A DNA stretch of 32,000 nucleotides from Promethearchaeum syntrophicum (GCF_008000775.2 NZ_CP042905.2:2640001-2672000); one strand, 5' to 3'; shown: positions 1 through 10,446, counted from the first letter of the stretch. The notes: generated by a model from the sequence alone, not told the origin. Numbers and translations: made by a program.

Positions 1-2
1 AA

Positions 3-1253
3 TTTCAAAAACGAAAGGATAATGTAGAAGCTATCAATGTTGCTATAGGAAATGTAAGTCTCCCAATGCATCCTGCATTAATTAACCGTATGAAAAATTT
101 AGCAGCTGAAGATAGCCCATATAAAAATGGTGTTGTTAAGTATACTGCAACAGTTGGCTTAAAAGAAACGAATGATGCAATCCTAAACATAATTGCTGCT
201 TCTGGGTTTAAAACAGAAAATTTACATAGTCAAATCACAGATGGCGGAAGTCATGCAATGGAATTAGTAATTCTAGGGACTTGTGGATCAGCAGGTTCTA
301 ATGAAAAACCATTATTACTAATTGACGCTGCTTACACTAATTATCTTGCGATGGCAAACAGAACAGGAAGATCAACTATTTCTATTACCCGCCAGCTTAT
401 GGAAAATGGCAAATTTAATTTACCAAAAATATCTGAAATTGAAGGTATAATAAAAGAACATAAACCGGGAGCTTTATTGATTATTCCTTATGATAATCCA
501 ACTGGCCATTTTTTAAACCATGAAACTATGGTTCATTTAGCGAAATTATGTGTTAAATACAATATCTGGATGATTAGTGATGAAGCTTATCGAGAATTAT
601 TTTATTTGGATACAGAGCCTGCCAGTATTTGGCGATTAACAGATTCAGAAGTTCCAGGTATTGAAGGTAGAAGAATTAGCATAGAAACTGCAAGTAAAGT
701 TTGGAATTCTTGTGGCTTACGGATTGGAGCTCTTGTAACTGATAATGAAGAATTCCATGAAAAAGCAGTTTTTGAGCAAACAGCAAATCTTTGTGCTCCT
801 GCTATTGCACAATATATATTTGGAGGGTTAGCTCATGAATCTCATGAAGATTTACAACTTTGGTTTGATAAGCAAAGAACTTATTATAAAAAACTGAGTA
901 AAAGGTTTACCGAAGATTTTGCCGAAATGATGCCTGGAGCAATCGTTTCAAGCCCGGATGCCGCTATATATTCAGTCGTTGATGTAAGAAGAATAGCTAA
1001 ACCAGGTTTTGATGCTGTAAAGTTTGTTGAATATTGCACAACACAAGGGAAAGTCGATTTAGAAGGTAATGGAAAACACCAAACTTTGCTAGTTGCACCA
1101 ATGGCAGGATTTTATAGCACAAAAGAAGGTGTTTACAATCCAGGAAAAACTCAAATGCGATTTGCCTATGTTGAAAACCCTGAAAATATGAAGATTGTTC
1201 CCGAATTATTTGTTACTCTTTTCTCGCAATATGAAAAACAAAAGGAGAAATAA
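3..1253 (+). CDS. Pyridoxal-phosphate-dependent aminotransferase, class I/II (5' truncated by window edge)
   Basis: Frame is open upstream of the ATG at 66 to the window edge (FQKRKDNVEAINVAIGNVSLPMHPAL...); fold-type I motifs YDNPTGH, SDEAYRELF, and PLP-lysine region ETASKVWNSCGLRIG; stop TAA at 1251-1253. Confidence 0.9.
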   Translation, partial: FQKRKDNVEAINVAIGNVSLPMHPALINRMKNLAAEDSPYKNGVVKYTATVGLKETNDAILNIIAASGFKTENLHSQITDGGSHAMELVILGTCGSAGSNEKPLLLIDAAYTNYLAMANRTGRSTISITRQLMENGKFNLPKISEIEGIIKEHKPGALLIIPYDNPTGHFLNHETMVHLAKLCVKYNIWMISDEAYRELFYLDTEPASIWRLTDSEVPGIEGRRISIETASKVWNSCGLRIGALVTDNEEFHEKAVFEQTANLCAPAIAQYIFGGLAHESHEDLQLWFDKQRTYYKKLSKRFTEDFAEMMPGAIVSSPDAAIYSVVDVRRIAKPGFDAVKFVEYCTTQGKVDLEGNGKHQTLLVAPMAGFYSTKEGVYNPGKTQMRFAYVENPENMKIVPELFVTLFSQYEKQKEK

Positions 1254-1326
1254 TTTTAGGGAAACTTCAAAATATATATTTTATTAGATCATCTTTTTTA
1301 TGTTATTAATCCATTATTAATGCATT

Positions 1327-1734
1327 ATGACTAAAACTTATCCAATTGAATTTTCTAAAGAAGAAGATATAATTTATATAGGTTTGGATGTTGCTGATTT
1401 CGATAGAGCAAAGAAATTTTACCGAGAAATATTTAATTTTGAGATTACCTTTGATGCGGGAAAGGATATTGGATGGTGTGAATTAGAACTCCCTGTAAAA
1501 GGTATTAAACTTGGTTTAAGTTCCAATGATAACAAAAAAATCAAACAAGGATCTACAACTATGGGTATTAACGTAGAAGACATTGAAAAAACAAAAAAAT
1601 ATTTGGAATCTAAAGAAGTTTATACCACAGATATTAGAGATCTACCAGACTTGGTTTCACTTTTCGATATGAAAGATTCTGAAGGAAATTTAATTCAAAT
1701 ATTAGGAAAGCCACGAATAACTTCAAAAAAATAA
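1327..1734 (+). CDS. VOC superfamily (glyoxalase/bleomycin-resistance-like) protein
   Basis: 135 aa; IYIGLDVADFDRAKKFYREIFNFEITF ... IGWCELELP ... DLVSLFDMKDSEGNLIQILGKP, typical VOC beta-alpha-beta-beta-beta pattern with the terminal D.EGN.IQ motif. Confidence 0.85.
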   Translation: MTKTYPIEFSKEEDIIYIGLDVADFDRAKKFYREIFNFEITFDAGKDIGWCELELPVKGIKLGLSSNDNKKIKQGSTTMGINVEDIEKTKKYLESKEVYTTDIRDLPDLVSLFDMKDSEGNLIQILGKPRITSKK

Positions 1735-1961
1735 ATTTCAAATTCAATCATTTTTTCCTTTGTGATAATTTCAACTACTTTTATATCTAAAATGATATAA
1801 TTAAAAAGACTTCTATTTAAGTCGATTTTTATCTTAGCTCTTGGCTTTTCCCGATTTTCACAAAATAAAGAGAAATATGAATTTTAGTATTAAGATTAAT
1901 ATAGTAGAAAGCAATAAAGATCATTAACTATTTTCAAACAAAAATTTTCATTCGGGGGGAA

Positions 1962-2066
1962 ATGGATTTGAGAATTTCTAGAAATAACAAGAAAGAGTTA
2001 AAATGTTTAAAAAATAAAAAAATACAGAAATATAAACGATATGTACTATTAGGCATAGTTTTTATT
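1962..2066 (+). other. Putative signal peptide / N-terminal TM anchor of the PKD protein
   Basis: Positively charged N-region (KNKKIQKYKR) then hydrophobic core YVLLGIVFISFILPSSVGLF. Confidence 0.6.
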
Positions 2067-4190
2067 TCGTTTATATTACCAAGTTCGGTAGGTTTATTTG
2101 CAGATAATCAAAATCTTCAAGATTCTAATTCAAATGAATTTTTAGAAATGATGCAAAAATCACAAAGTGCAGGTTTATCACAACAATGGTCACCTGGAAC
2201 AACAGTTTCTGGATGTATCAATCCTTGGGAATTTTGGGAGTTTTTATGGCGTTTATTCTATCATTTTCGACCCAATATGGATTTTACAGCAAATATTACT
2301 GAGATTTCTCCTGGTGATACAGTTCAATTTGAATATACAGGGGGAAATAATTGGTGGCCTAAGACCTTTCACTGGGATTTCGGAGATGGTGGCTTGGCAG
2401 AAGAGCGAAATCCAACTCATACTTACGAATCGTCGGGAGTTTATAATGTTTCCTTAACAATAATCTACTTTTGGATTTTTGATGACACGATAACAAAAGA
2501 AAATTATATTGAAGTATCCGGGACTAGTAATAATGTGCCTGAAGCAGACTTTGTAGTAGATTATGAATCTCCCTTAACAGGGGATCTATTGCAATTTACA
2601 TATACGGGAACAGAGGGAGATGGACTTGAAAGTTTTTCGTGGGATTTTGGGGATGGAATAGGATTTTCAGATGAAAGAAATCCTACATATTCATATTCAA
2701 ATGCAGGTACTTATGATGTAAGCTTATTAGTAACAGATTTCGATGGTGATGAAGATTCTGCTGTAAAAGAAGATTATATTACTGTTATTGAAGATTTAGA
2801 ACCTTTGGCTAATTTTGAAGCGGATATTTTCGAATTTTTAGAGGGCGGAATGGTTCAATTTACCTCCACAAGTACTCTAGGTAATGGAATCAATAGCTAT
2901 TCGTGGGATTTTGGGGATGGAGGGACTTCTTCTGAAACCAATCCTTCATATCAATACTTTACTCCAGGGATATTCACAGTTTCACTTACTGTTATTGATG
3001 AAGATGGCGATGCTGATACTGCAATAAAAGGGGAGTATATAACTGTAATTGAAGACTTAGAACCAGAAGCAGATTTCACAGCAAGCTCCATTCAAGTTAT
3101 TCAGAATGGATATCTCAATTTTACCTATACAGGTAGTGAAGGAAATGGACTTGTAAGTTATTCATGGGATTTTGGGGATGGAACTCCATTATCTACTGAA
3201 TTCAACCCAACCCATCAATTTTTGGAAACGGGGATATTCACAGTATCTCTAACAGTTGTCGATTCCGATGGTGATGCAAGTACCGCTACTAAAATAGATT
3301 ATATTACAGTGGATGATGATTTAATGCCAAATGCAGAATTTTCAAGCGATTTTCAAAGTGTTATTACTGATGATATAATTCAATTCACATTTACTGGAGA
3401 AGAAGGTAATTCTCCAGCAACATTTTGGTGGGATTTTGGTGATGGTTCTACAAGTGAAGAGCGCGATCCAATTTATCAATATAGCGATCCTGGTTTCTAT
3501 ACAATTTCATTAACGGTTAGTGATACTGATGGAGATGAAAACACAGAGACAAAATTTGATTTTATTGAAGTTCAAGAAGATCTTTTCCCTTTTACTCATT
3601 TCTTTGCAGACCCAACAGAGGCTTATACAGGAGAATTAATCCAATTTTCTTTCTTAGGAGAGGAAGGAAATGGACCATCTGAATTTTTCTATGAATTTGG
3701 AGATGGATCTACTTCAACGGAAGAAAATCCTACTCATTCATACTCTGAAGCAGGATTATATTCAATTATTCTAACGGTTACCGACATTGATGGAGATATT
3801 GATGTTCTAGAACTTATTAATTATATTTCTATTGAAGAAAATATTCTACCGATTGCAGATTTTACTGCAGATTTTGCTGAAGTAGTTGGGGGGGATTTGA
3901 TTCAATTTTCATTCATTGGCAGATATGGAAACGATCCTAATGAATTTTATTGGGACTTTGGTGATGGATCTACTTCAATCGAAGAAAATCCAACTCATTC
4001 ATATTCTGAAGCGGGAATATATAATGTTTCTTTAACGATAGTTGATGCAAATGGTGATATAGATACAATTATTAAGGTAGATTATATAATAGTTGAAAAT
4101 GAGTTTCCTATGGTAATTGTTATGGGTGGTTCAGTTGGCACTATTGGTTTAATTTCTACTGTTGTAATTATATCAAAAAAGCGTAAATAA
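1962..4190 (+). CDS. Secreted/membrane-anchored surface protein with about seven PKD domains
   Basis: 742 aa; basic N-terminus plus hydrophobic segment (YVLLGIVFISFILPSSVGLFA); seven copies of W/YDFGDG...NPTHxY...GxYxVSLTVxDxDGD; C-terminal TM helix MVIVMGGSVGTIGLISTVVII followed by SKKRK. Confidence 0.9.
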   Translation: MDLRISRNNKKELKCLKNKKIQKYKRYVLLGIVFISFILPSSVGLFADNQNLQDSNSNEFLEMMQKSQSAGLSQQWSPGTTVSGCINPWEFWEFLWRLFYHFRPNMDFTANITEISPGDTVQFEYTGGNNWWPKTFHWDFGDGGLAEERNPTHTYESSGVYNVSLTIIYFWIFDDTITKENYIEVSGTSNNVPEADFVVDYESPLTGDLLQFTYTGTEGDGLESFSWDFGDGIGFSDERNPTYSYSNAGTYDVSLLVTDFDGDEDSAVKEDYITVIEDLEPLANFEADIFEFLEGGMVQFTSTSTLGNGINSYSWDFGDGGTSSETNPSYQYFTPGIFTVSLTVIDEDGDADTAIKGEYITVIEDLEPEADFTASSIQVIQNGYLNFTYTGSEGNGLVSYSWDFGDGTPLSTEFNPTHQFLETGIFTVSLTVVDSDGDASTATKIDYITVDDDLMPNAEFSSDFQSVITDDIIQFTFTGEEGNSPATFWWDFGDGSTSEERDPIYQYSDPGFYTISLTVSDTDGDENTETKFDFIEVQEDLFPFTHFFADPTEAYTGELIQFSFLGEEGNGPSEFFYEFGDGSTSTEENPTHSYSEAGLYSIILTVTDIDGDIDVLELINYISIEENILPIADFTADFAEVVGGDLIQFSFIGRYGNDPNEFYWDFGDGSTSIEENPTHSYSEAGIYNVSLTIVDANGDIDTIIKVDYIIVENEFPMVIVMGGSVGTIGLISTVVIISKKRK

Positions 4191-4471
4191 TCAATAATCG
4201 AATTGAAACTAAGCATTTTTTTCTTTTTGTTTCATATTATGAATTTTCTTTAATGCAAATGAATTAAATTCGGACATTTTATAGAGTGTGTTCTTATTAA
4301 TATTTCCATTTAATTCATATATTCCCACATGATATTTTAGAACTTATAGTATCCTTTATTCTTAAAAATAACCCAATTTAGTATTTTTACCAACGATAAT
4401 ACTAAGAGTTAAAGGATTGAAAATGATAATTATTTTTGATCCTAATATTAAGTAAATATTTATTTAATTAA

Positions 4472-7400
4472 GTGAAAAATATGAAAAAAAAAGCTAGTAT
4501 GATTATGACGTTGACTATTTTCATATTGTTAGCCTTGTCTTTTAACCAAAATAATTTAGATCCTTCAGGAGTTTCTCAAATTACCACTTTAGAAAATGAA
4601 AATCAATCGAATGATTTTTCTAACCAAAACTATATTCCGAGAAATTCAGCAAATTATGATCCGGGGGCAAAATATGAATGGTGGTCTTCAAAATGGACTT
4701 GTAGAATTCCATTGGCTGTTAATTCAACCAATATTAATCGAACGGATTTTTCAATGAAAATAGATGTTAATTTTACCGAATACTTAAATAATCCTAAATT
4801 GAATGGAGGAGAACTAGATGTCAATTCTATTCGAGTTGTTGAATATGAAGAACCTTCTTCAGGTTTTGCAGCGATGTTCATAACCAATGATAGCTACTCG
4901 GATATAAGAAAATATTTGGTTCCATCAAGATTCATCCCGATGAAGGATGATTTTGATGGGGTGAATAATGCAACAGGCACAATATGGTTAGAAATGCCAG
5001 GATTTAGTGAATCCAATGCAAACAGAACTTTTATGGTTTACTTTGATTCAATTGAAAATGGTCCGAAAGATATTGATGAAATGAATGTGTTATGGAATAC
5101 AAAATATAATAGAAATTCTGATGTTGTTGGTGATAATCAATTTCATTTAGCCTATGGTTCAGTGTATAGAGGTTTAGGTTTGGGAGGCGAATTAACAATC
5201 TGGGATTCGGATTTACAAAGCACAATGGGTATTCCTTCAACCAAGTGGGGTAATGTTGAAAATTATTTTGTTATGGCTCCTGGGGATTTTGATGGTGATG
5301 GAGATGTTGAATTAGTCGTAAGCAACATTAACAATTATTTTTCAACCATTGATTACAATCAAGAATCCGGTTTATGGGAAGAAATTTGGGACGTATCATA
5401 TAATTTCGATTCATTACACAATGACTCTCGTGTTAGACATTATAATTTACAAAGTTATGATATGGATAATGATGGAAAGGATGAAATAATAGCACCCAGT
5501 TATTATAATAACCTTTATCCAGATGCATTAAAAATCGTAATTTACGGATTTGATGAAAACCATAAATTATATATTAAAAATAATTTAACTACTCCTGAAG
5601 CTTACTGCAATGATGTTGCGCTCGCTGATTTAAATCAAGATGGATTTATTGACATTATTGGAGGAGCTATCAATGGACCAAATGATCTATGGCGGAATAA
5701 ATCGTATTATTATTTATATGATGCAAGTAAACCCAGCGGATATAGTAGGCATTTGATTAATTATACATATCCAGTTGCTGCTGATAGACATATTCCACGG
5801 TCTTGCTATTCAACAAAAGCCAAAGATATTGATAATGATGGAAAAATTGAGGTCTTATTTGCAGAAACAGATGGACGTATCTATATATGGGAATGGAATG
5901 GAACAGATTTAGAATTTAAATCAAATATTAATACGTTAGTTCCAGGAGGTCTTCTTGGAGCCATTGAAGATTGGGACTTAGACGGCAGGGATGAAGTTGT
6001 TGTCGGGAATTATGATGGATCTATTCCTACATCTATGCGAGTTTTTGAAGTTACTGGAGATAACCTTATAAATGTAAGCATAAATGAATGGGCAAATGAG
6101 AATTTACCTTATTTAAGAATGACCTTTCCAATTTTTGGGGATATGGATAATAGTGGAGATATTGAATTCGCAGTTGGTTGCTATGAAAGCTCTGGAGATT
6201 ATGACGGTCGAGTTACTGTTTGGGATGAAAGTGAAGAGTTTACACCAGAATGGCAAAGCCCTATTGAAGGACGGATGGTTGGAGCCTACTATTATTATTC
6301 AGAATCAATGCTCACTGTTTTAGGAGGTTTCGATACTAGATTAGATCCGTTAAGTATAAATTATGAAATCTATATTCCAGATATCAAACCTCCAGATCTT
6401 TCGATACAAGTTTTTGATGTAGATAAAGGTCCAGTTCCAGGACTTGGAGTTATTCTTGATAACGGAACGGGCACTCCTAGTTATAGTGAAGGTTTATATA
6501 CTGATTCAAATGGAAAAGTTCAATTCACAGATTTAGCGTTCGAAATTTACAATTTGAATATCTCAATTGAAAATCAGATGGGAAATCGATCCGTATATAG
6601 TGATATAATAGAAATTAATAATACTCGAGAATCTTTTGTTGTAAATTCAACCCTATGGAAAATTTCATTTATAGTTGAAGATAACAATGAAAATCGTTTG
6701 AACTATGGAGGAATTGATCTTTATAATGAAACTCAAGGGGACAATGTAAATTCAAGTCAAAGTTTAGCCATCGATGGAACTTGTTCGTTTTATTGGTTTG
6801 AGAAATCCTCTGGACCTAATGAATATAATTATTCTATAGACTATTTAAACACTGTTTACAGCCCTGATACTACAAGAATCTATGAAAATTCAGTAACTCA
6901 ACAAGGGCTCACTTCAGTTGAGAATTTCTTTAACGGAACAACACAACAAACCGATTTAGGTTCTAATAATTATCGTCACATTGTAAGTTATTATGCGAGG
7001 AATTCTTCAGATAATAATCCAGGGGATCAAATAATTAATTGGGCTAATATTGATATTTCAGATAGTACAGGAAATATTTATCAAGTTGAAATCTATGGAG
7101 TTGATCAAAGCAATAATCAATATTTAATGAACACATTTGTAGAGGATTATGGGGATAATTTTAAACTTGAATATCAACTATGGAATAATTCCGATCCATT
7201 AGTTGGTCTGAAGCTTCATATTTTTGTTAACAACGCAACTCAAGATGATGGAATAATTAACGTCACTATACAAGAAACATTTGTAGAGCGTGTAAGGGTA
7301 GATTTGTTTCAAAGAAAAATAATATTGTTGGATGATAAAGATATTCCACTTCAGAATGCAATTGTTCATATATATAATAATAATACAGAATCTCTTGTTA

Positions 7401-9304
7401 ATCTAACAACAAATCAAGATGGTGAAGCAACTGATGAGAACGGGGAATATTTCTGGTATAAAGAAAAAGACGGAGGAGTTATTCAAGGAAATTATTCTAT
7501 GGAAATTGAGTTTTTCAATGATTTTCGTTATTTCATAGAAAGCACAGAATCCGGTCAACTTTATAATACGACAAATTTCACTTTAACAAGTTTTGAAGAG
7601 ATCACATATAAAGTAAACTTAGATTCAAGCAAATATTCAACAAATATTGAGATTATGAATTCTGAGTATTTAGATCCTCTAAATTTTAAAGATACTTTAA
7701 ATATTACAGTTAACATTACAGCCCAAGAAGTAGGGTTCAGCCCATTTTCTATTGATCCAGATATTTTATGGTTATCCTTGAAAAATTCCAATCAAGATGT
7801 GGTTTATTTGAATACTGCTTTTTCAAAAAAAGGAACAGGAATATATGAATGTTTAATTAATCCAATGGATGATTATATTTCCGTTAGCGAAGATGATAAT
7901 ATATTCTCGTTTATAATTTCTGCTGAGACACCAGGATATGGGAATGCTCCGGATCCAATTATTGGAACAATTAATATTCTTCCTATCGATACCACTTTAG
8001 CATTATATAATGGATCAACTCAAATCGTCGATACATTGGATGTATACCTAGGAATCGAATTTGATATTATACTTTTATACGAAGATTTAGGGCTTGATTT
8101 AGCTGGAGCAACCGCAATAATAGATTGGGAATATGCTGATAATGAATTGATGGTTGAGCAGAGTGGCGGAGGATTTACTAATTATACTTTTCTCATCAAT
8201 ACAACTGAGAATGTTAGGTTAGGAACATATATAATAGAATTTACTGCAAGTTTAACTAATTATAGCACCTCAACAGCAATCATTCAATTAAATGTATTGG
8301 AGATCCCAACGACTATTAAGAGTACGGGCACTTCACTTACATCAGAACTATTATTAATTAATAAAAACATAAGTGAAACGGATATCTACTTATTTAATTT
8401 CTCCTATTTTGATATATATCATGGTGATTTTATTGCTGATGCTGAGTGCTATTACTCATGGAATAAAATTGAAACAGGAGATTTTGGTTCTAATATTCCG
8501 ATGATAACTTCGGGTGATGGATTCACTTATATACTTGATTTCGATACGGGAAATCTAACCGAAGGCAATTATAATCTGATTGTAACCTTAATAAAAAGCA
8601 ACTATCAACAACGGCAAGCTTTGATTTATCTAACTGTTGAAAAACGAATCATTTCTTATGAGATGGTAGGAGACTTTGCAGGTTCTAACAGCATTGTAAA
8701 AGTATCTGGTCAAGAATTAGAATTTTCTGTAAACTTAAACGATCAAGCAACAGGAAACATATTATTAAATGCCCAGGTATCTTTATCTTTTGAGGATGGA
8801 AAAGATACAATATTTCTTTATGATGAAGATGGAGATGGAATCTATACCGCAACAAAAACCTATTCAAAAAGTGAAATAAATGCTTTCTTCCGAGATAATA
8901 ATTTCCAAGGAACTTTATTAATAAGCGCAGACCATTATGCAACGGTTGAAAGAGATATCTCGATCACAATTAAGATGGATGAAATTATTGACGGTATACC
9001 GACATTTTACATGTTAATTGTAATAGGAGCAGTATTAATTTTAGTTGGAAGTTTAGTTGGATATAGATTGGTTCAAGTTTCCAAAATTCCTGCGTTTGTA
9101 AAGCTAATTAATAAATTAGAAAAACAAATTTCAGGGAATAAAGAAGTGCTTCCAGATAAGATGACTCTAACAATGGAAGAAGAGAGGATCCAACGATTTA
9201 AAGATGAATGGGCAATTCTGGATTATGATATAAAGGAAATCTGGAAAAAGTCTGAAAATGCTGAAGATTTTAAAACTTCTGCAGATAACACAGGAGGCAT
9301 ATAA
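4472..9304 (+). CDS. Large single-pass surface protein: DUF2341-like domain, FG-GAP/VCBS-like repeats, Ig-like beta domains, C-terminal TM and about 80-aa cytosolic tail
   Basis: 1610 aa (GTG 4472, or more likely ATG 4481 giving MKKKASMIMTLTIFILLALSF signal). Six Ca-binding-type blocks: GDFDGDGDVELV, YDMDNDGKDEII, ADLNQDGFIDII, KDIDNDGKIEVL, EDWDLDGRDEVV, GDMDNSGDIEFA. TM FYMLIVIGAVLILVGSLVGY near the C-terminus followed by a charged helical tail. Confidence 0.88.
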   Translation: MKNMKKKASMIMTLTIFILLALSFNQNNLDPSGVSQITTLENENQSNDFSNQNYIPRNSANYDPGAKYEWWSSKWTCRIPLAVNSTNINRTDFSMKIDVNFTEYLNNPKLNGGELDVNSIRVVEYEEPSSGFAAMFITNDSYSDIRKYLVPSRFIPMKDDFDGVNNATGTIWLEMPGFSESNANRTFMVYFDSIENGPKDIDEMNVLWNTKYNRNSDVVGDNQFHLAYGSVYRGLGLGGELTIWDSDLQSTMGIPSTKWGNVENYFVMAPGDFDGDGDVELVVSNINNYFSTIDYNQESGLWEEIWDVSYNFDSLHNDSRVRHYNLQSYDMDNDGKDEIIAPSYYNNLYPDALKIVIYGFDENHKLYIKNNLTTPEAYCNDVALADLNQDGFIDIIGGAINGPNDLWRNKSYYYLYDASKPSGYSRHLINYTYPVAADRHIPRSCYSTKAKDIDNDGKIEVLFAETDGRIYIWEWNGTDLEFKSNINTLVPGGLLGAIEDWDLDGRDEVVVGNYDGSIPTSMRVFEVTGDNLINVSINEWANENLPYLRMTFPIFGDMDNSGDIEFAVGCYESSGDYDGRVTVWDESEEFTPEWQSPIEGRMVGAYYYYSESMLTVLGGFDTRLDPLSINYEIYIPDIKPPDLSIQVFDVDKGPVPGLGVILDNGTGTPSYSEGLYTDSNGKVQFTDLAFEIYNLNISIENQMGNRSVYSDIIEINNTRESFVVNSTLWKISFIVEDNNENRLNYGGIDLYNETQGDNVNSSQSLAIDGTCSFYWFEKSSGPNEYNYSIDYLNTVYSPDTTRIYENSVTQQGLTSVENFFNGTTQQTDLGSNNYRHIVSYYARNSSDNNPGDQIINWANIDISDSTGNIYQVEIYGVDQSNNQYLMNTFVEDYGDNFKLEYQLWNNSDPLVGLKLHIFVNNATQDDGIINVTIQETFVERVRVDLFQRKIILLDDKDIPLQNAIVHIYNNNTESLVNLTTNQDGEATDENGEYFWYKEKDGGVIQGNYSMEIEFFNDFRYFIESTESGQLYNTTNFTLTSFEEITYKVNLDSSKYSTNIEIMNSEYLDPLNFKDTLNITVNITAQEVGFSPFSIDPDILWLSLKNSNQDVVYLNTAFSKKGTGIYECLINPMDDYISVSEDDNIFSFIISAETPGYGNAPDPIIGTINILPIDTTLALYNGSTQIVDTLDVYLGIEFDIILLYEDLGLDLAGATAIIDWEYADNELMVEQSGGGFTNYTFLINTTENVRLGTYIIEFTASLTNYSTSTAIIQLNVLEIPTTIKSTGTSLTSELLLINKNISETDIYLFNFSYFDIYHGDFIADAECYYSWNKIETGDFGSNIPMITSGDGFTYILDFDTGNLTEGNYNLIVTLIKSNYQQRQALIYLTVEKRIISYEMVGDFAGSNSIVKVSGQELEFSVNLNDQATGNILLNAQVSLSFEDGKDTIFLYDEDGDGIYTATKTYSKSEINAFFRDNNFQGTLLISADHYATVERDISITIKMDEIIDGIPTFYMLIVIGAVLILVGSLVGYRLVQVSKIPAFVKLINKLEKQISGNKEVLPDKMTLTMEEERIQRFKDEWAILDYDIKEIWKKSENAEDFKTSADNTGGI

Positions 9305-9306
9305 AA

Positions 9307-10422
9307 ATGGCAATTGGAATTTTAGTTATGCATTGGGATGAACGAGTTGGTGTTGAAATTATTGGAAAATATCCAAAAGAAATCGAATTAGATGAAAAAA
9401 CCTTAATGCAATTGTATTCTCAACATGAATTCACGGGTGAACCCGGTATGGTTTCTATAATGGCGGGTTCTACAAATCTTGCATCATATTATACTGGTCC
9501 TGAAAGTTCTGTCTATGTCATTATGGTCTTAAGTACTACCGAGGATGGAGATGCATATGAAGATGGTTTAGCGGAGACATCAAGACAAATTTTATCAAAT
9601 ATTGATTCAGAAACATTGGAGGCAGTTTTACCTTCATTATATCAACGTTTATCAGTGTATCCGACTTTAAATGAAGAACAACTTTTAGCGATGATATATT
9701 CAGATGGTCCCAAGAGAATGATATTGAAAAGATTACAACAAGAATCAGCTATACCTAAATCTGAATTGGCAATCTGGCTTAAGGACGCAATAAAGGATTC
9801 ATTTATTGATATTGAAAGTATTATTGCGAGCTTAGTGAAATCTACAATAATTAAAATTGCTTCAGTTAAAGGACTTGCAACAGATGTAGCTTTTCTTAAT
9901 GAAGATATTATGATTTTGCGCAGACCACCAGTACATTTATTCTTAGATCCAAGTGAACATCATTTACCAAAGGCACTAAAAGACTCTTATAAAAACCAAG
10001 TTCGTACATTCTTTAAAAATTACAAACCTACAGAAAGTGACAATTTGGAGATTATCAATAAAGTTATTTTAGATCCTCAATGTTATGAAGTTTTGAAATT
10101 ACTTCGGGAGGCAATGGTAACTAAGAATGATATTGAGAAATTAAGGAAAAAAGGTGTAGAAGATATTGATGACACTTTGAAGTCTTTATGGGATTCTAAA
10201 ATGATTGCAGTTTTTCAAGATGAATCTGGTACGGAATATTATTGTTTAATTACAGATTTCTATGCTTCTTTATATTATCCTAGATATAACTTGGATACAA
10301 TTAGAAAGCAGTATATTAGCAAATCTCAAAATCCTAAAGCATTATTAAAAGCATTGGATATAATGAGGGAAGAATATATTTCAATGATTAAAATTAGAAA
10401 AATTTCTGCAAAAACTAAATAG
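9307..10422 (+). CDS. Conserved-type archaeal protein with N-terminal longin-like domain and C-terminal helical/winged-helix-like region
   Basis: 371 aa; N-terminus MAIGILVMHWDERVGVEIIGKYP...TLMQLYSQHEF...GMVSIMAGSTNLASYYTGPESSVYVIMVLS...YEDGLAETSRQILSNI fits beta-beta-alpha-beta-beta-beta-alpha longin order. AGGAGG Shine-Dalgarno at 9292-9297 inside the upstream ORF; 2-nt intergenic gap. Confidence 0.7.
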   Translation: MAIGILVMHWDERVGVEIIGKYPKEIELDEKTLMQLYSQHEFTGEPGMVSIMAGSTNLASYYTGPESSVYVIMVLSTTEDGDAYEDGLAETSRQILSNIDSETLEAVLPSLYQRLSVYPTLNEEQLLAMIYSDGPKRMILKRLQQESAIPKSELAIWLKDAIKDSFIDIESIIASLVKSTIIKIASVKGLATDVAFLNEDIMILRRPPVHLFLDPSEHHLPKALKDSYKNQVRTFFKNYKPTESDNLEIINKVILDPQCYEVLKLLREAMVTKNDIEKLRKKGVEDIDDTLKSLWDSKMIAVFQDESGTEYYCLITDFYASLYYPRYNLDTIRKQYISKSQNPKALLKALDIMREEYISMIKIRKISAKTK

Positions 10423-10446
10423 AATTTTTTTTTAATTCCTTTTATT

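Noticed and set aside
1802-1825. Hairpin GACTT-ctattt-AAGTC followed by GATTTTT downstream of the VOC gene
   Set aside because: Only a 5-bp AT-rich stem; not strong enough to call a terminator without transcript data.
4654-4887. - strand ORFs antisense to the giant surface protein (also 5031-5240, 7561-7791 and 8685-8942)
   Set aside because: All lie opposite or out of frame with a long well-supported CDS; no start-site or domain support.
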